A DNA stretch of 64,000 bases from Macrostomum lignano (taxonomy: Eukaryota). The first letter of the stretch is position 1; the number at the start of each line of letters is the position of its first letter. Both the position numbers and the translations under genes were made by a program. This document shows positions 11,600-24,364 of this stretch, one piece after another. The DNA lies in contig NIVC01003687.1 of assembly GCA_002269645.1 (NCBI GenBank), forward strand, positions 18,781-82,780, in the 5' to 3' direction. The notes below the pieces were generated by a model that had not been told where the DNA came from, searched no databases, and saw only the letters and a list, made by a program, of their open reading frames with translations.

Positions 11600-14500
11600 C
11601 TAGCTGGAGTCCGACTGGGCCACGCCGACCGCCCGACAAAAGCCGGGCAGGTCGCGCGCCTCAACCAGCGCTTTCAGGGCCGTCACGCGGTCGCCAGTTG
11701 ACGAAGTGGACGATGGTTCGAAGGCCATCCGAGCCACGGTCTGTCTGGCGAGGTTCCACACCGAGCTGTCGGACTGACGGCCAGGCTGCAGCAGCCGCAG
11801 GGCAGAAGCGTAGTTGCTGAGGGCCTGCGCGAGTTATGAAGGAAAATACGCTGTTTGTTTCGTAGAAATGTTAAAAAATAGCTCAGACTGTAGCCTTATT
11901 ATTAGCTCAGACTGTAGCCTAGTTATTAGCTCAGACTGTAGCCCAATTATTAGCTCAGACTGTAGCCTAACTATTAGCTCAGACTGTAGCCTAACTATTA
12001 GCTCAGACCGTAGCCTAACTATTAGCTCAGACTGTAGCCTAACTATTAGCTCAGACCGTAGCCTAACCATTAGCTCAGACTGTAGCCTAGTTATTACTGG
12101 TAGCTCAGACTGCAACCTAATTATTAGCCCAGACTGTACCCTAGTTATTAGCTCAGACTGTAGCCTAGTTATTAGCTCAGACTGTAGCCTAACTATTAGC
12201 TCAGACTGTAGCCTAACTATTAGCTCAGACCGTAGCCTAACTATTAGCTCAGACTGTAGCCTAACTATTAGCTCAGACCGTAGCCTAACCATTAGCTCAG
12301 ACTGTAGCCTAACTATTAGCTCAGACTGTAGCCTAATTATTAGCTCAGACTGTAGCCTAATTATTAGCTCAGACTGTAGCCTTATTATTAGCTCAGACTG
12401 TAGCCTTAATATTAGCTCAGACTGCAGCCTAATTATTAGCCCAGACTGCAGCCTAATTATTAGCTCAGACTGTAGCCTAATTATTAGCCCAGACTGCAGC
12501 CTAATTATTAGCTCAGACTGTAGCCCAATTATTAGCTCAGACTGTAGCCCAATTATTAGCTCAGACTGTAGCCCAATTATTAGCTCAGACTGCAGCCTAA
12601 TTATTAGCTCAGACTGCAGCCCAATTATTAGCTCAGACTGCAGCCTAGTTATTAGCCCGGACCGTAGCCTAATTATTAGCCCAGACTGTAGCCTAATTAT
12701 TAGCTCAGACTGCAGCCTAGTTATTAGCCCGGACTGTAGCCTAATTATTAGCCCAGACTGTAGCCTAATTATTAGCTCAGACTGCAGCCTAGTTATTAGC
12801 CCGGACTGTAGCCTAATTATTAGCCCAGACTGTAGCCTAATTATTAGCTCAGACTGCAGCCTAATTATTAGCCAAGTCAATTATCTCAAACCTGGTCGTA
12901 GGCGCGCAGACTGTGGCAGGCGATGCCCAGATTGGCGCGGGCGCGCACAAAGCCGGGCGCCAGGCTGAGGGCGCGCCTGTAGGCCTGCACAGCCTCCTCG
13001 TGACGGCCACTGTTAGCCAGAGTGGCGCCCAGCTTATTCCAGCTTAGATAGTCATCTGGCTGCACCTGTGAGAGTGGTGAAATATCAGATTCCTATATTA
13101 ACTACTACCTAACCGGCTGGGCTAGCCTATTGACTAAAAGTTAAGCTGACTGGCTGCGGTTAGTACGCGAGAGTGCATTTGCCTGACAATTAGAAAGTCA
13201 AGTGCCGCTGTAAACCCTGTGTGAGCGCGTGTATAAGTGCAGTATTGGCGCTACCAAACTACCAATTTGCTATGCCATTTGGCACGCCTCTAAGCCTCAC
13301 CCAGTGCCAGTGCAAATCATTCTCACCTGCAGCGCAGCCTTGAAGGAGTCCACAGCCCGCTGGAAGTCGCCGTGCAGGTTGTACAGCACACCCAACGCCA
13401 GCTGCAGCTCCGGGTCAGGCGAGCCGGCCGTCTGCCTCGCCGCCGCGGCCAGCAGCAGCCGCTCGCAGCGGGAGAACTCCGCGTAGGTGGCGAACCCGCC
13501 AACGGTTGGCGCGGCGGCTTCGGCGGAGTCGGCGGAGGCACCGGCCAGCAGGTCGGAGTAGGCAGGATTGGCGGCCAGCCAGGACAGCAGGGCGTGGACG
13601 GCCTCGGAGTTGCGCAGCTCGTTGGTGAAGCTGCGCGCCAACGACAGCAGGGCCGGGCGGTCCTGCGGCGACAGAGACAGGCAGCGCTGGCAGGCGGTGA
13701 TGGCGTCCGGCTCGCGCTCCGCCTCGGCCAGGCTGATGCCCAGGTGGCGCCACGCCTCCGCGCTGTCCGGGGCGCGGGCGGCTGCCGCCTCAAACAGCAG
13801 GACGGCTTCGGGCACGCGGCCTTGGCGCATCGCGGCCAGCCCTGCGCCCAGCGGGTCCGCCTCCTCCGCGTGTGGGTTGTCTGCCTGGGGGGGGGGGAGG
13901 GGAGGATCTGTGAGAGTGGCTGAGGGTCTGTGAGGGTGGCTGAGGATCTGTGAGAGTGGCTGAGGATCTGTGAGGGTGGCTGAGGATCTGTGAGAGTGGC
14001 TGAGGATCTGTGAGGGTGGCTGAGGATCTGTGAGAGTGGCTGAGGATCTGTGAGGGTGGCTGAGGATCTGTGAGAGTGGCTGAGGATCTGTGAGGGTGGC
14101 TGAGGATCTGTGAGAGTGGCTGAGGATCTGTGAGGGTGGCTGAGGATCTGTGAGAGTGGCTGAGGATCTTTGAGGGTGGCTGAGAATCTGTGAGAGTGGC
14201 TGAGGATCTGTGAGAGTGGCTGAGGATCTGTGAGGGTGGCTGAGGATCTGTGAGAGTGGCTGAGGATCTGTGAGGGTGGCTGAGGATCTGTGAGAGTGGC
14301 TGAGGATCTGTGAGGGTGGCTGAGGATCTGTGAGAGTGGCTGAGGATCTGTGAGGGTGGCTGAGGATCTGAGAAGACAGTAGCCCAGCCTGAGGATCTGT
14401 GGGTGTCCTTGAGGAGCTGAGAAGACAGTAGCCCAGCCTGAGGATCTGTGGGTGTCCCTGAGGAGCTGAGAAGACAGTAGCCCAGCCTGAGGATCTGTGG

Positions 14501-17500
14501 GTGTCCCTGAGGAGCTGAGAAGATAGTAGCCCAGCCTGAGGATCTGTGGGTGTCCCTGAGGAGCTGAGAAGACAGTAGCCCAGCCTGAGGATCTGTGGGT
14601 GTCCCTGAGGAGCTGAGAAGATAGTAGCCCAGCCTGAGGATCTGAAAAGGTGACAGTGGCCAGAGCATCTGGACAGGCTCACCTGAAAGACGTATTCACG
14701 TTTCGTCTCGCTGGCGGACGCAGTGGCAGAGGCGGCGCCGGCCGCTCCCAGGGTGTCGTCGTCCAGGTACTGGGACCAGGTGCGGGACAGGTCCTCCCAG
14801 AAGCGGTCCTTCTCGGCGTCAGTCTCCGTGTAGGTGCCGGACCGCAGCTGCTCCAGAGCGCTGGCCAGCCGCTCCTCGGGCTGGTGGTCCATGTCAGTGT
14901 CCATGTCGTCGGTCAGTTGGGCGGAGTCGGCCGGCAGCAGCAGGTGGTCCCGCTCGGCCAGAAAGTTGGCGCCCCAGCTCGGCTGTTGCACGGAGGCGGC
15001 GGCCGGCGGCGCGGCCGGCAGCAGCATCGGGGCGGAGGGCCCGCGCAGCATCATCAGGGGGAGGCCCAGCGACTGCGGCGCGGCCGCAGCTGAGGATTGG
15101 CCAGACATTCTGTTGACTTGCCAGCTTGATATTCCCTATCGCAATCTAATCTCACCCTTATCGATCTAATCTCACCCTTCCCAATCTAATCTCACCCTTC
15201 TCAATCTAATCTCACCCTTCTCAATCTAATCTCACCCTTCTCGGTCTAATCTCACCCTTCTCGGTCTAATCTCACCCTTCTCGGTCTAATCTCACCCTTC
15301 TCAATCTAATCTCACCCTTCTCGGTCTAATCTCACCCCTTCCTTAATCCAATCTCAACCCGCATTTTTAATAATATTATTAAAGGAATAATAGACCATCT
15401 ATTATCTAATCTAACCATCTCGGGCAATCATATTTCATCATTCTAGCTGTCTCATATCACACCATTATTCCAACCTTATCTCAGCCTTTCTGATAATCTC
15501 ACCACACCATCCCAGCCAAGCCTCACCGGTGGCCGCTGACGGCAGAGAAGGTGTGGACGCGGACACGTGAAACGCAGAGGCGGCGGAGGCAGCCGAGGAT
15601 GTCGCTGCTGCTGCGGCGGCTGCCGGCACAGACGAGGCGGCAGAGAAGGCGAGCGCTTCAGCCAGCAGAGCCTGCATGTTGAACGTCTGCGGGGCCGCAG
15701 TCGCCGCCGTAGCACCCTGGTGAGGGGGGGGTTTTGAGCTTGGTGAGCTGCATGTTGCACCCAAATCCTCCGCCCTAATCCTCGGCCCTTCAATCCTCGA
15801 ACCCCCAATTCTCGGCCCTCAACCCTCAGCCCCTCAACCCTCCCCCCTCTCAATCCTCAGCCCGTCAACCCTCCCCCTCCCCAATCCTCCACCCTCCCAA
15901 TCCTCCACCCTCCCCAATCCTCCCCTCCCCAATCCTCCACCCTCCCCAATCCTCCCCCTCCCCAATCCTCCCCCTCCCCAATCCTCCACCCTCCCCAATC
16001 CTCCAACCTCCCCAATCCTCCACCCTCCCCAATCCTCCACCCTCCCCAATCCTCCACCCTCCCCAATCCTCCAACCTCCCCAATCCTCCACCCTTCCCAA
16101 TCCTCCACCCTCCCCAATCCTCCAACCTCCCCAATCCTCCAACCTCCCCAATCCTCCACCCTCCCCAATCCTCCAACCTCCCCAATCCTCCACCCTCCCC
16201 AATCCTCCAACCTCCCCAATCCTCCAACCTCCCCAATCCTCCACCCTCCCCAATCCTCCAACCTCCCCAATCCTCCAACCTCCCCAATCCTCCACCCTCC
16301 CCAATCCTCCAACCTCCCCAATCCTCCACCCTCCCCAATCCTCCAACCTCCCCAATCCTCCAACCTCCCCAATCCTCCACCCTCCCCAATCCTCCAACCT
16401 CCCCAATCCTCCACCCTCCCCAATCCTCCAACCTCCCCAATCCTCCACCTCCCCAATCCTCCACCCTCCCCAATCCTCCACCCTCCCCAATCCTCCACCC
16501 TCCCCAATCCTCCACCCTCCCCAATCCTCCACCCTCCCCAATCCTCCACCCTCCCCAATCCTCCCCCCTCCCCAATCCTCCACCCTCCCCAATCCTCCAC
16601 CCTCCCCAATCCTCCACCCTCCCAATCCTCCACCCTCCCCAATCCTCCACCCTCCCCAATCCTCCCCCTCCCCAATCCTCCCCCTCCCCAATCCTCCACC
16701 CTCCCCAATCCTCCAACCTCCCCAATCCTCCACCCTCCCCAATCCTCCACCCTCCCCAATCCTCCACCCTCCCCAATCCTCCAACCTCCCCAATCCTCCA
16801 CCCTTCCCAATCCTCCACCCTCCCCAATCCTCCAACCTCCCCAATCCTCCAACCTCCCCAATCCTCCACCCTCCCCAATCCTCCAACCTCCCCAATCCTC
16901 CACCCTCCCCAATCCTCCAACCTCCCCAATCCTCCAACCTCCCCAATCCTCCACCCTCCCCAATCCTCCAACCTCCCCAATCCTCCAACCTCCCCAATCC
17001 TCCACCCTCCCCAATCCTCCAACCTCCCCAATCCTCCACCCTCCCCAATCCTCCAACCTCCCCAATCCTCCAACCTCCCCAATCCTCCACCCTCCCCAAT
17101 CCTCCAACCTCCCCAATCCTCCACCCTCCCCAATCCTCCAACCTCCCCAATCCTCTAACCTCCCCAATCCTCCACCCTCCCCAATCCTCCACCCTCCCCA
17201 ATCCTCCACCCTCCCCAATCCTCCACCCTCCCCAATCCTCCACCCTCCCCAATCCTCCACCCTCCCCAATCCTCCCCCTCCCCAATCCTCCACCCTCCCC
17301 AATCCTCCACCCTCCCCAATCCTCCCCCTCCCCAATCCTCCACCCTCCCCAATCCTCCGCGAACCTGCAGCTGCTGCGCCCGCACGGCCTGCTGGCCGAC
17401 CTCCTGCCTGTGCGTCTGGTCGCCACGGGTCACGTGCTGGCTGAGGCTGACCAGTGCGTTCTGGCCGGAGCAGCCGGGCTCGGCCAGCCGACGGGCCAGG

Positions 17501-17511
17501 GACTCGGCCAT
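11600..17511 (-). CDS. PEX5: Peroxisomal targeting signal 1 receptor PEX5 (TPR protein), 6 exons, ~566 aa
   Basis: Exons 17511-17365, 15716-15527, 15089-14683, 13884-13327, 13065-12892, 11824-11600, all phases consistent. Motifs: N-terminal conserved Cys ([10 protein letters not shown]), [24 protein letters not shown] motifs ([49 protein letters not shown]) and the C-terminal ARDL motif. Confidence 0.95.
11879..12872. repeat. 24-bp minisatellite (AGCTCAGACTGTAGCCTAATTATT)n
   Basis: About 41 copies; fills the last PEX5 intron. Confidence 0.95.
13903..14645. repeat. Composite array: 20-bp (TGAGGATCTGTGAG[A/G]GTGGC)n, then 49-bp units sharing TGAGGATCTG
   Basis: 20-bp units at 13903-14370 (alternating A/G variants); 49-bp units at 14370-14645; PEX5 intron 3. 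Confidence 0.93.
15143..15345. repeat. 20-bp minisatellite (TCTAATCTCACCCTTCTC[AA/GG])n
   Basis: PEX5 intron 2. Confidence 0.9.
15860..17358. repeat. 17-bp C-rich minisatellite (CCCCAATCCTCCA[C/A]CCT)n
   Basis: Fills PEX5 intron 1; G-rich on the sense strand. Confidence 0.96.
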
Positions 17512-18000
17512 GGATGATCAGAGCAGAGGGTAGCGGGTTTGGATGAATGCAAATTCTGAGTTCCTTAATTATCTGCTACTCCAGTTCCTGTGATAAGATT
17601 AACTGTCTATAATAAAAGAAAGACAGTAATTAAAAGTGTTTAAAATAACAAATGTATTTCAATCGATTGCACTGCATTAGGATCTGGGGAATGCTTCTGT
17701 ATAGAAAAAATTGAGCCAATTTGATTTAAAAAATCACAAAATGGAAGAAACCTAGCTTTAGTAAAAATGATACAATGATAGAAAACTGCTCGAATCAGAT
17801 TTGAATAAAAATTGATGCCTTCCTTATTACTGTAATATTTATCAGAATAATTAAATAGGGCACCAAACAGCGCTAATAAAACAAAAAAATGAATGCTGCA
17901 AATTGTAAGCAAATCCAGAAAATCAACCCCCAGAACTCCAGGCTTTATCCAGGGTTTACCAATTTTGGATTTTTATAGGTCGTAAAATCTGTTAATTCCC

Positions 18001-18220
18001 TAATTAAGTACAGCCAGTCCAAGAGCTTTCTAGAAGTCCCTGATTCAGCTTAACCAGTCCAAGAGCTATGTAGAAGTCCCTAATTTAGTCCAGCCAGTCC
18101 AAGAGCTATCTAGAAGTCCCTAATTCAGTCCAGCCAGTCCAAGAGCTATCTAGAAGTCCCTAATTCAGTCCAGCCAGTCCAAGAGCTATCTAGAAGTCCC
18201 TAATTCAGTCCAGCCAGTCC
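18001..18220. repeat. 40-bp tandem repeat overlapping the WASH1 stop codon
   Basis: (TAATTCAGTCCAGCCAGTCCAAGAGCTATCTAGAAGTCCC) about 5.5 copies. Confidence 0.92.
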
Positions 18221-20874
18221 TGATCGTCGCCATCGCTGCCGTCACCGGCTGCCGTCTCAGCGGCCTCCTGAGCAATCATTGCGCTTACGGTGTCGAACAT
18301 CGAGTTGCCCGTGCCGCCGCTGCCTCCGCCATTGCCGTTGCCACCACTGCCGCCGCCGCCGCCGCCGCCGCCCGCGATGCCCTGTCGCCGCTTACTCAGC
18401 CGCATCTTCAACTGCGCCATCATGTCCATGCCGCCAGCCTCCGCTCCGCCACCGCCGCGCCCCCCACCATCGTCGGCGCCAGCGTCGGCGGTTTCCCGAT
18501 CGTCGCGAATCCGACGTTTCCGTTCGAGTTTTCGCTCCTTCACGGACTTCAGCTTGGCTTTGCCGGCGCCGCCAGCCTGTCGAATGGCGTCCAACAGACT
18601 GGCGCGAGACGCGTCCGGCGCCGCCACGGCGCCAGGCAGATCGCCAGGCGGAGGTGGCGGAGGCGGCGGTGGCGGAGGAGGCGGAGGGGGAGGCGGAGGG
18701 GGCGGCGGAGGGGGAGGCGGCGGCACGCCAGCGGAAGGCGGAGGCGGAGGCGGTGGAGGGGGCGGAGGGGGCGGAGGGGGCGGAGGGGGCGGAGGAGGGG
18801 CCGGCTCAGAAGCCGCAGCGGAGGCAGGCGGAGGCGGCGGAGCGCTGGGTAGGTCGCCGAGGCTGCTGAGGATGTTGTCGGCAGCGGACGGGGCGATGCC
18901 GGGCCCGAGGTCGCCGAGGTATTGGACATTCTCGGCCACCCCGGCCAGCTGGGGCAGGCGGGCCGGCAGGCTCTCCATGTCGGGCACGGCGCCCAGGGTG
19001 GGCACGTACAGCAGGGAATCGGCGCCGGGCGCCTCCAGGCGGTCGCCCAGCAGGATGCTGTCGGGCGCCTGGCCGGGCGTGGCGCCGCCGCCGCCGCTGG
19101 AGTCGTCGGATTGAACGGCTCGAACTCGGTGGACAACGCCGAGCGGATCCAGCAGGCTGTACTTCCGGTAGGGATTCTCGGCAGTGTTGAACAGCAGCAG
19201 GCCGCTGAGCGACCGCAGCCCTGGCGGCGGCCGGCCGAGGCCTTCGGCGGCTGCCGCGCGCTTGGCGCCGGGAGGGCGCAGCGGCAGCATCATGTAGTGC
19301 CGCTTTTCGGCCAGCAGCGCCTCCGTCAGCGCCTCGTGCTGGGCGGCCACACGACGGACCGCCGTCTGGACCTCCCCCACTGCAGCAGTCGCGGCAGCGC
19401 CCTCGCCTTCCGGCGCGAAGGGCGACAGAAAAGCTGGCGCCGAGTCGCCTCCGGCGGGAAATTTCGGGACCGCAAACACCTGCGGGATCATTTGGATGGC
19501 ATTTTTATCCCAACAGCTCGCAAATAACCTGAGTCTCCTTATCACTTGACTCTCATTCCCATCATCTGACTCTCATTCCCATCACCTGACTCTCATTCCC
19601 AACACCTGACTCTCATTCCCAGCACCTGACTCTCATTCCCATCACCTGACTCTCATTCCCAACACCTGACTCTCATTCCCATCACCTGACTCTCCTTCCC
19701 ATCACCTGACTCTCATTCCCAACACCTGAATCTCATTCCCATCACCTGACTCTCATTCCCAGCACCTGACTCCCATTCACAACACCTGACTCTCATTCCC
19801 AACACCTGACTCTCATTCCCAACACCTGACTCTCATTCCCAACACCTGACTCTCATTCCCAGCACCTGACTCTCATTCCCAGCACCTGACTTTCATTCCC
19901 AACACCTGACTCTCATTCCCAACACCTGACTCTCATTCCCATCACCTGACTCTCATTCCCAGCACCTGACTCCCATTCACAACACCTGACTCTCATTCCC
20001 AACACCTGACTCTCATTCCCAGCACCTGACTCTCATTCCCATCACCTGACTCTCATTCCCAACACCTGACTCTCATTCCCAGCACCTGACTCTCATTCCC
20101 ATCACCTGACTCTCATTCCCAACACCTGACTCTCATTCCCATCACCTGACTCTCCTTCCCATCACCTGACTCTCATTCCCAACACCTGAATCTCATTCCC
20201 ATCACCTGACTCTCATTCCCAGCACCTGACTCCCATTCACAACACCTGACTCTCATTCCCAACACCTGACTCTCATTCCCAACACCTGACTCTCATTCCC
20301 AACACCTGACTCTCATTCCCAGCACCTGACTCTCATTCCCATCACCTGACTCTCATTCCCAACACCTGACTCTCATTCCCAACACCTGACTCTCATTCCC
20401 ATCACCTGACTCTCATTCCCAGCACCTGACTCCCATTCACAACACCTGACTCTCATTCCCAACACCTGACTCTCATTCCCAGCACCTGACTCTCATTCCC
20501 AGCACCTGACTCTCATTCCCAACACCTGACTCTCATTCCCAGCACCTGACTTTCATTCCCAGCACCTGACTTTCATTCCCAACACCTGACTCTCATTCCC
20601 AACACCTGACTCTCATTCCCAGCACCTGACTCCCCCGCACCTGCACAGCCCGAGTCGTCCCCTTCAAAAAGTCGATCTTGGCCTGGCAGTCGGCGGCTCT
20701 GCGCCGCAGGCGGTCGCACTCGGCCCGCTGCTCAGCCAGCCGGCTGCCCAGCCTGTCGAACACGGCCTCGGCCACCCCGGCCACCTCGGCCAGCGAGTCA
20801 GCAGACTGCACCAGCAGCTCTTCGTGGCGCAGATCGGCTGATGGCGGGCGCACCTGCAGCGGCTGAGCTGGCAT
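18205..20874 (-). CDS. WASHC1: WASH complex subunit 1 (Arp2/3 nucleation-promoting factor), 2 exons, ~502 aa
   Basis: Exons 20874-20641 and 19479-18205. WHD1 region (DLRHEE...AKIDFLKGTTRAVQ|VFAVPKFPA), LLLFNTAENPY, poly-Pro tract, WH2 (SLLDAIRQAGGAGKAKLKSVKERK), C helix (MMAQLKMRLSKRRQGI) and acidic DDQDWLD end. Confidence 0.95.
19545..20632. repeat. 20-bp minisatellite (CACCTGACTCTCATTCCCAA)n
   Basis: About 54 copies; fills the single WASH1 intron. Confidence 0.96.
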
Positions 20875-21059
20875 TGAATCGCTGGGCTGCGGGATTGAGC
20901 ATGGGATTAACTACACTGCTCAGCTTTAGTTCCTCTCAATTTCAAGATAGCTCACAGACGGCTTATTTTGGCCTTTCAGCATTTTTATTGTCTCAGTGAC
21001 GCCATCTGACATTTTGACAGTTTTTAACTGCTTCTCAACCAAAAATACTGTCGTGGAGA

Positions 21060-21965
21060 GAGGGAACTAGGTGGAGAGGAGGGGAATCAGGTGGAGAGGA
21101 GGGGAATCAGGTGGAGAGAGGGGGGAATGAGGTGGAGAGAGGGGGGAATGAGGTGGAGAGAGGGGGGAATCAGGTAGAGAGAGGGGGGAATCAGGTGGAG
21201 AGAGGGGGGAATCAGGCGGAGAGGAGGGGAATTTGGTGGAGAGGAGGGAAATCAGGTGGAGAGGAGGGAAATCAGGTGGAGAGGAGGGAAATCAGGTGGA
21301 GAGGAGGGGAATTTGGTGGAGAGGAGGGAAATCAGGTGGAGAGGAGGGAAATCAGGTGGAGAGGAGGGGAATCAGGTGGAGAGAGGAGGGGAATTAGGTA
21401 GAGAGGGGAGGGGAATCAGGTGGAGAGAGGAGGGGAATCAGGCGGAGAGAGGAGGGGAATCAGGTGGAGAGGAGGGGAATCAGGTGGAGAGGAGGGTAAT
21501 CAGGTGGAGAGGGGAGGGGTATCAGGTGGAGAGAGGAGGGGAATCAGGCGTAGAGAGGAGGGGAATCAGGTGGAGAGGAGGGGAATCAGGCGGAGAGGAG
21601 GGGAATCAGGTGGAGAGAGGATAATCAGGTGGAGAGGGGAGGGGTATCAGGTGGAGAGAGGAGGGGAATCAGGCGGAGAGAGGAGGGGAATCAGGCGGAG
21701 AGAGGAGGGTAATCAGGTGGAGAGGAGGGTAATCAGGTGGAGAGGAGGGGAATCAGGTGGAGAGGGGAGAAGAATCAGGTGGAGAGAGGAGGGGAATTAG
21801 GTAGAGAGGGGAGGGGAATCAGGTGGAGAGAGGAGGGGAATCAGGTGGAGAGGGGAGAAGAATCAGGTGGAGAGAGGAGGGGAATTAGGTAGAGAGGGGA
21901 GGGGAGTCAGGTGGAGAGAGGAGGGGAATCAGGTGGAGAGGAGGGGAATCAGGTGGAAAGGAGGG
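21060..21965. repeat. GA-rich ~19-22-bp minisatellite (GAATCAGGTGGAGAGGAGGG)n
   Basis: Starts ~190 bp upstream of the WASH1 ATG. Confidence 0.93.
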
Positions 21966-22474
21966 ATTGTTGTGTGCTAGCCATAGGAATCAGTGCAGAG
22001 AATTCAATGCTCAGATAAAAGTCAGTATAGAGGACGCTTTCTTTAGCAAACGGTTGGCCCTACAAAGAGTGTATTTACAAGTAAAAACAGGATAAAGACC
22101 TGAAAAAATATCCACTCAAAACAAGCGCCAAGTTCTGACGGAAGTAGCGGCAGTTAGTAAAAAGGAATTCTGCTATTGGCTCTGGAAACAAAAATTAATC
22201 AATTTTTTTATTTGAAAATTTGTTGGCAAGCTGGTGCACAATGCAGCAATACGCCAATTATATGTTAATGAGTAATTATATAATGAGCTAATACAAGGCG
22301 AGGCTCCGGTCCAAGCATGAGGATTCTGGGACTGCATGGAATCTGCTATTCCTGCTTAGTGATGACAGAGCAAATAGCTGTTTGAGAATAATGGCCAAAT
22401 GCGGTGGTCGCCGCTTCATAAGCAGCTGGAAGCCAAGGAGAAGTGGAAAGAGTTAACCAGATTCTGAGGTAATT

Positions 22475-23255
22475 TGAGGGCGATTCTCAGGTAATTTAGG
22501 GCGATTTTCGGGTCATTTAAGGGCGATTCTCAGGTCATTTAGGGCGATTCTCGGGTCATTTAGGGCGATTCTCAGGTCATTTAGGGCGATTCTCATGTAC
22601 ATTAAAAGCGATTCTCAGGACATTTAAGGGCGATTCTCATGTACATTAAAAGCGATTCTCAGGACATTTAAGGGCGATTCTCATGTACATTAAAAGCGAT
22701 TCTCAGGACATTTAAGGGCGATTCTCATGTACATTAAAAGCGATTCTCAGGACATTTAAGGGCGATTCTCATGTACATTAAAAGCGATTCTCAGGACATT
22801 TAAGGGCGATTCTCAGGTCATTTAAGGGCGATTCTCAGGTCATTTAAGGGCGATTCTCATGTACATTAAAAGCGATTCTCAGGACATTTAAGGGCGATTC
22901 TCAGGTCATTTAAGGGCGATTCTCAGGTCATTTAAGGGCGATTCTCAGGACATTTAAGGGCGATTCTCAGGTCATTTAAGGGCGATTCTCAGGACATTTA
23001 AGGGCGATTCTCATGTACATTAAAAGCGATTCTCAGGACATTTAAGGGCGATTCTCAGGTCATTTAAGGGCGATTCTCAGGTCATTTAAGGGCGATTCTC
23101 AGGACATTTAAGGGCGATTCTCGGGTCATTTAGGGCGATTCTCAGGTCATTTAGGGCGATTCTCAGGTCATTTAGGGCGATTCTCATGTACATTAAAAGC
23201 GATTCTCAGGACATTTAAGGGCGATTCTCGGGTCATTTAAGGGCGATTCTCAGGT
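22475..23255. repeat. 21/22-bp minisatellite (TAAGGGCGATTCTCAGGTCATT)n with 44-bp dimeric units
   Basis: Intergenic, between WASH1 and TFCP2. Confidence 0.93.
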
Positions 23256-23764
23256 GACTAAAACTATCAGAGAGCTTGCATTTCCTTCCAGTTCAAAAGC
23301 AACATTCCTCACACCCTAGCCGCAGCCGCAGCAAGCTGGATAAACACAGTTATGAATATGAGCAAGCATCTACTGATGAACGAAATATGACACAATATTG
23401 AAGAAAAATATTAAACATGAAGTGAATGACAGTGGAATAGGGAATGGTGAGGCTGGAGCTACAGCGCATGATACCAACGGGGACCACAGGTTATCAATAA
23501 CTCACTATCTTATACTTTTAAATCTTCCTTAGACATGTTAACAGGCGTGTAGAAATTGCAATAAATTGCAGCCGGCAACATGACACAATCTGCAGTCTGA
23601 ACTGCTGCAAGCATTCCATTGTTAATTGCAAGCAAAATTCTTTTGTTGCCAAAAACTTCGTTAAGTGAGCTGCTGACCTGGCTCACACGGCTTCAAATAT
23701 TGCTACCGCAATGAAACACACTGGGATATGCAAAACTGGCAGATCGAAAAGCACTCGAAGGGTC

Positions 23765-24270
23765 TTGAAGAACCTTGAAGAACCCTGAGGATCCTTAAAG
23801 AACCCTGAAGAACCCTGAAGAACCCTGAAGAACCCTGAAGAACCCGAAGAACCTGAATAACTCTGAAGAACCCTGAAGAACCCTGAAGAACCCGAAGAAA
23901 TCTGAAGAACCTGAAGAACCTGAACAACCCGGAAGAACCTGAAGAACCTGAAAAACCCTGAAGAACCTGAAGAACCTGAAAAACCCTGAAGAACCTGAAG
24001 AACCTGAAAAACCCTGAAGAACCCTGAAGAACCCGAAGAAACCTGAAGAACCTGAAAAATCCTGAAGAACCTGAAGAACCCTGAAGAACCCGAAGAAACC
24101 TGAAGAACCTGAAAAATCCTGAAGAACCTGAAGAACCTGAAGAACCTGAAGAACCCTGAAGAACCTGAAGAACCTGAAAAACCCTGAAGAACCCTAAAGA
24201 ACCTGAAGAACCCTGAAGAACCTAAAACCCCGAGAAACTCTGAAGAACTTTGCGGAACTCTGAAGAACCC
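23765..24270. repeat. 9/10-bp repeat (GAAGAACC[C]T)n
   Basis: Downstream of the TFCP2 stop codon. Confidence 0.92.
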
Positions 24271-24364
24271 TGGACCGCCTTAACGCCAAGTTATAAAACA
24301 AAGAGCAAAACTCATAAAACAAAGAGCAAAATTGCATTCGCGAAGAGAAGAGGGACAGTTCCAG

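Noticed and set aside
19545-21965. WASH1 intronic array versus upstream array as an inverted pair (CACCTGACTC / GAATCAGGTG)
   Set aside because: Only ~10 nt of each unit is complementary, and the upstream array is probably outside the transcript.
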